From positions 1-27,766 of IMG/VR virus record IMGVR_UViG_3300036835_000474: a stretch of 27,766 nucleotides of DNA; one strand, written 5' to 3'. This DNA is from a virus. Taxonomy: Duplodnaviria; Caudoviricetes. The notes under the pieces were generated by a model. The model was not told the origin of the DNA. It ran no database searches and saw nothing but the letters and a program-made list of their open reading frames with translations. Of the stretch, positions 24,873 through 27,766 are shown piece by piece; the stretch's first letter is position 1; each line of letters starts with the position of its first letter. Made by a program: the position numbers and the translations under genes.

Positions 24873-25033
24873 CGACCGAGATGGAGCGGGTCGCGCGCGA
24901 GTCGTGGGCCGTGTGGGGCTGGGCCTTCCTGCTCTACACGGGCTGCGCCAGCTGCGGGCAGCAGCGGGTCTGCCGGGGTCGCCGGCGCTCGCGGATGCTC
25001 TGCCTCGACTGCTGGGACGGAGGCGCGCGGTGA
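24869..25033 (+). CDS. Small Zn-finger protein (54 aa)
   Basis: CASC..C..CLDC; ATGA/GTGA coupling. Confidence 0.7.
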   Translation: MTTEMERVARESWAVWGWAFLLYTGCASCGQQRVCRGRRRSRMLCLDCWDGGAR

Positions 25034-25209
25034 CCTGGCTGGTCGTCAACCGCGAGACCGGGATCGTCGTCTCGCGCTGGCTGGAGCCGGACGACGCCGT
25101 CGAGGACAAGGAGCGGCGAGACGCGATGTACGCCTACGTCGAGCCGGTCTCGCTGCTGGACGTGCTCTACGAGGCCGTCGGGGAGACCGACGAGGAGGGC
25201 GCCAGGTGA
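25030..25209 (+). CDS. Small acidic hypothetical protein (59 aa)
   Basis: MTWLVVNRETGIVVSRW..; GTGA overlaps at both ends. Confidence 0.7.
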   Translation: MTWLVVNRETGIVVSRWLEPDDAVEDKERRDAMYAYVEPVSLLDVLYEAVGETDEEGAR

Positions 25210-25451
25210 AGACCTCGAAGAAGTTTCACCTGGCGCCCGAGGCGCGCGACGAGTTGCAGACGGTGCTCGACGCGGAGGCGCGGCGACTACTGGCCGCGAC
25301 CCTTGACCGTGACGCGCCCCGGCCCGCGCCCCGGCGCGACCGTCGCCCGCGCCACGACCGCGCGAATCACTCCGCGCTTGCCGTCGAAGCTGAGGCGATC
25401 CCAGTCGGCCGCCGTCGTGACCGTCACGTCCGGCGAGGTCAGGGAGACTAG
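25206..25451 (+). CDS. Hypothetical protein overlapping the integrase 3' end antisense
   Basis: GAGGAGG RBS and GTGA coupling; 165-bp convergent overlap. Confidence 0.55.
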   Translation: MKTSKKFHLAPEARDELQTVLDAEARRLLAATLDRDAPRPAPRRDRRPRHDRANHSALAVEAEAIPVGRRRDRHVRRGQGD

Positions 25452-26648
25452 GCGCGCGTGCTCTGCCGCCGCCTGATCCCGCTTCGCCTGCAGGTCGTCC
25501 AGGGTCTCTTTGGTCGCCTGCTCGCCGCCGAGACCGGCCAGCGAGCGGATCGCGTTGCTGAGCCGTGCCTCTGCGTCGGCCTCGGCCAGACGAGCGGCCT
25601 CCAGTTCGGCCTTCGCCGAGGCCCGACCGACGACCGCGCCCGAGAGGCGGATCGCCTCCTCGCTGACGATCTGCTCGGCGACGTCGCAGGAGACCATCGG
25701 CTGCGCCTCGCAGAGCCGGTCGCCGCAGCGGTAGTAGGCGTACCGCTTGCCGTTCGTGTGGTCGCGCGCGTCTACGGTCATGCGCGCGCCGCAGCTGCCG
25801 CAGACCAGGACGCCCAGCCGCGCGAGCAGACGTGGCGAGCGCGCCTGGCGCCCGCGCGGCGCCCGCGAGGAGTTGAGCCGCCGGTAGGTGGCGTGGTCGA
25901 TCAGCGGCTCGGCGATCGCGTGCAGGTTCGGGGTGAACTCGCCGAAATGGATCTCCCCGACCAGCAGCTTGGAGGCGAAGGTGCGCTGGACGCGAGCGGG
26001 CGTCATCGGGATCCCGCGCTCGGTCAGCCAGCGGGCCAGCTGCGTGTAGGAGGCGGCGGGCGTCGCCAGCCGCATCGCGATCGCCTCGCGCAGCAGCTTC
26101 GCCTTCGGCGGGTCGAGTTCGAGCGTCCCGTCCTCGCGCCGCCGGTAGGCGGCGGTGATGCGTGGGAAGGGCGGGACGCCCTTGTCGATGTTGCGCTGCT
26201 TCGAGACGGCCGTCCGCTCGGCGGTCGTCCGGGCGAAGTATTCGGCGAACGCGGCGTGCTGGGTCGAGGACAGCCAGCCGATGGCCGTCCCGTTCGAGAT
26301 GTCGCCGAGGTCGAGGGTCACGACGTTGCCGCCCTTGGCTTCGACTCGGTCGAGCACTTCGTCCTTGACCTTCACCGAGCGGACGAAGCGGTCGAAGTAG
26401 GCGGCCATCAGCAGGTCGGCCCGTCCGGCCTCGACGTCGGCGACCGCCTGCTTGAGACCGTGCCTGCGGTCGAGCGGGCGGCGCCCGCTCACGTCCTCCT
26501 CGGTGTAGACCTCGACCAGATCGGCGCCTGCCCGCTCGCACTCAGCGCGCATGCGTTCGATCTGGTCGGGGACGCTCATGGAGCCGTCGTTGACGCGCGA
26601 CTGGCGCGCGACCCCGACGACCCTGCGGCCTTCGATGGACGACGTCAC
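25287..26648 (-). CDS. int: Large serine recombinase (integrase)
   Basis: ARQS catalytic Ser, SVPDQ, DVSG..RHGL, DRFVRS, recombinase domain, Zn ribbon CGSCG..YYRC..C, coiled coil. Confidence 0.93.
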   Translation of the reverse strand: MTSSIEGRRVVGVARQSRVNDGSMSVPDQIERMRAECERAGADLVEVYTEEDVSGRRPLDRRHGLKQAVADVEAGRADLLMAAYFDRFVRSVKVKDEVLDRVEAKGGNVVTLDLGDISNGTAIGWLSSTQHAAFAEYFARTTAERTAVSKQRNIDKGVPPFPRITAAYRRREDGTLELDPPKAKLLREAIAMRLATPAASYTQLARWLTERGIPMTPARVQRTFASKLLVGEIHFGEFTPNLHAIAEPLIDHATYRRLNSSRAPRGRQARSPRLLARLGVLVCGSCGARMTVDARDHTNGKRYAYYRCGDRLCEAQPMVSCDVAEQIVSEEAIRLSGAVVGRASAKAELEAARLAEADAEARLSNAIRSLAGLGGEQATKETLDDLQAKRDQAAAEHARLVSLTSPDVTVTTAADWDRLSFDGKRGVIRAVVARATVAPGRGPGRVTVKGRGQ

Positions 26649-27038
26649 CTAGATCGCCTCCTCGGCGAACGGCTCGGGCCGCTCGGTCGTGAAGACGGCG
26701 GGCAGTTCAAGCTCACCGGGCGATCCGGCAATGGCCGCGATCCCGTCGAGCAGGGCGTCGCTGTCGATCCCGTCGAACCCGTCGATGGACTCGGCGCGGA
26801 GGTGCTCGGTCTGACCGACCCAGTTCTCCCAGGCCTCGGGATCGGGCCAGAGGCCGAAGTAGGCCCAGCCCTCGCCCGCCTCGGGCGTGTTCGCGTCGCC
26901 GTTGGTAGCGAACAGGATCCGGTCGTCGGAGAAGACGACCTGCAGGCCGTCGCAGCCTCCCCCGGTCCCGATCACCTCGGCGACCGCGACGCTCGGGATC
27001 GCGAGGATTCGGTTGGTCAAGTCGTGGTGCTCGGTCAT
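26649..27038 (-). CDS. Acidic hypothetical protein leading the integrase operon
   Basis: AAGGAGG RBS; stop abuts the integrase GTG; TGGGCDGL motif. Confidence 0.8.
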   Translation of the reverse strand: MTEHHDLTNRILAIPSVAVAEVIGTGGGCDGLQVVFSDDRILFATNGDANTPEAGEGWAYFGLWPDPEAWENWVGQTEHLRAESIDGFDGIDSDALLDGIAAIAGSPGELELPAVFTTERPEPFAEEAI

Positions 27039-27049
27039 GCTGTCCTCCT
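27032..27049 (-). repeat. 18-nt start-associated sequence AGGAGGACAGCATGACCG, copy 2
   Basis: Identical to 5711..5728. Confidence 0.9.
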
Positions 27050-27124
27050 TCGTCGTTGTTGTGGGAATAGTACCACATCGAGAGATCGACGGGTCGGTAA
27101 AACCACACTAGGGAGGCAGGCCGC
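27050..27124. promoter_or_regulatory. Divergent control region between the integrase operon and the early operon
   Basis: Lower GC; leftward TGG-TACTAT extended -10 inside a TGTGG-N8-CCACA inverted repeat; ACCACA repeated 30 bp apart. Confidence 0.55.
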
Positions 27125-27280
27125 GTGAAGCCGCCGCGCCACCTGCGTCCGCTGCCGACGCCCGAACAGCGCGAGCGCGACCGCCAGATCGCGCGCGCCA
27201 TCGGGACCGTGCTGCTCGCCGGCGGCTGCGTGCTGGTGACCGTCGCCCTCCTACGCCTGGCGTGGCGGGTGCTCGGGTGA
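27125..27280 (+). CDS. Small single-TM protein (51 aa), first gene of the early operon
   Basis: GGGAGG RBS; IGTVLLAGGCVLVTVALLRLAW; stop overlaps the MTase GTG. Confidence 0.7.
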   Translation: MKPPRHLRPLPTPEQRERDRQIARAIGTVLLAGGCVLVTVALLRLAWRVLG

Positions 27281-27766
27281 ATGTCGGCTCGCTGTTCAGC
27301 GGCTGCGGCGGACTCGACCTCGGGCTGGAGCGGGCCGGGTTCGAGATCGCCTGGGCCTGCGAGTCCGACGCCGCCTGCCGCTCCGTCCTCGCCCGACACT
27401 GGCCCGACCTCGACGTCGCCGCAGACGTGCGTGAGCTCGACGCCGGAACTCCGCGCGTTGATCTGCTCGCTGGCGGCTTCCCTTGCCAGCCGGTCTCGCT
27501 CGCCGGACGCGGATACGCGCAGGCCGACGAGCGCTGGCTCTGGCCCGAGTTCGCCCGATGCGTTCGCCTACTTCGACCGCGAGCGGTCGTCGTGGAGAAC
27601 GTGCCAGGCCTCGCTGCTCGCGGACTCGGAGACGTGCTCGCCGACCTGGCCGAAGCGCTTTACGACGCGCTCGTCTTTCGCCTACGCGCTGCCGACCTCG
27701 GCGCGCCCCACGGGCGCGAGCGCCTGTTCCTGGTTGCTACCGACGCCGAGCGCGGCCGAGTCGGAT
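27277..27766 (+). CDS. C5 DNA cytosine methyltransferase, 5' part
   Basis: Motif I SLFSGCGGLDLG, motif IV GGFPCQPVS, motif VI ENV; runs off the window end into the terminal repeat. Confidence 0.95.
   Translation, partial: MNVGSLFSGCGGLDLGLERAGFEIAWACESDAACRSVLARHWPDLDVAADVRELDAGTPRVDLLAGGFPCQPVSLAGRGYAQADERWLWPEFARCVRLLRPRAVVVENVPGLAARGLGDVLADLAEALYDALVFRLRAADLGAPHGRERLFLVATDAERGRVG
27281..27766 (+). CDS. Overlapping +1-frame MTase partner, 5' part
   Basis: ATG directly follows the upstream TGA; no stop through to the window end. The actual start could be further downstream. Confidence 0.6.
   Translation, partial: MSARCSAAAADSTSGWSGPGSRSPGPASPTPPAAPSSPDTGPTSTSPQTCVSSTPELRALICSLAASLASRSRSPDADTRRPTSAGSGPSSPDAFAYFDRERSSWRTCQASLLADSETCSPTWPKRFTTRSSFAYALPTSARPTGASACSWLLPTPSAAESD
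27503..27766 (+). repeat. Terminal direct repeat copy 2
   Basis: Matches 1..264 with 6 substitutions. Confidence 0.97.

Larger units (their letters stand above)
1..27766. mobile_element. Temperate siphovirus genome (HK97-type head, non-contractile tail, serine integrase), apparently complete and circularly permuted
   Basis: Ordered TerS-TerL-portal-protease-capsid-tail-TMP-lysin module, serine integrase, no recognisable host housekeeping genes, and ends that overlap by 264 bp within one continuous gene. Confidence 0.95.

Noticed and set aside
25458-27128. 556-aa + strand ORF (and 535-aa minus ORF 24934-26541)
   Set aside because: Antisense or off-frame shadows of the integrase in high-GC DNA; no motifs.

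Overview
The window appears to be the complete, circularly permuted genome (27,502 unique bp; 1..264 recurs imperfectly at 27503..27766) of a small, very GC-rich temperate siphovirus of an actinobacterial host. The Rpf variant suggests a Thermoleophilia/Gaiella-like host, which is an inference. Gene order on the + strand: an early operon (C5 cytosine MTase split across the window junction, secreted Rpf-like transglycosylase, RusA, wHTH/Zn protein, RecT-like protein, small ORFs); a small leftward HARE-HTH operon; three membrane proteins; HNH; ParB-N4/N6 MTase; TerS/TerL; a moron; HK97-type portal/protease/capsid; tail module; CHAP endolysin; a DnaA-box cluster; a PAS-protein operon; and a leftward large serine integrase. 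No CI-like repressor, helicase, primase or polymerase is recognisable. The most notable observations are: (1) the C5 MTase locus is dual-coded along nearly its whole length, with four LLPTP modules in the +1 frame and natural SNPs whose silent frame switches between the two ORFs; (2) a stand-alone secreted Rpf; (3) five DnaA-like boxes directly ahead of a stand-alone PAS gene whose operon ends antisense to the integrase; (4) a HicA-like/DGQxR ParB-like fusion moron between TerL and portal. All protein calls come from motif recognition by eye, with no database search.
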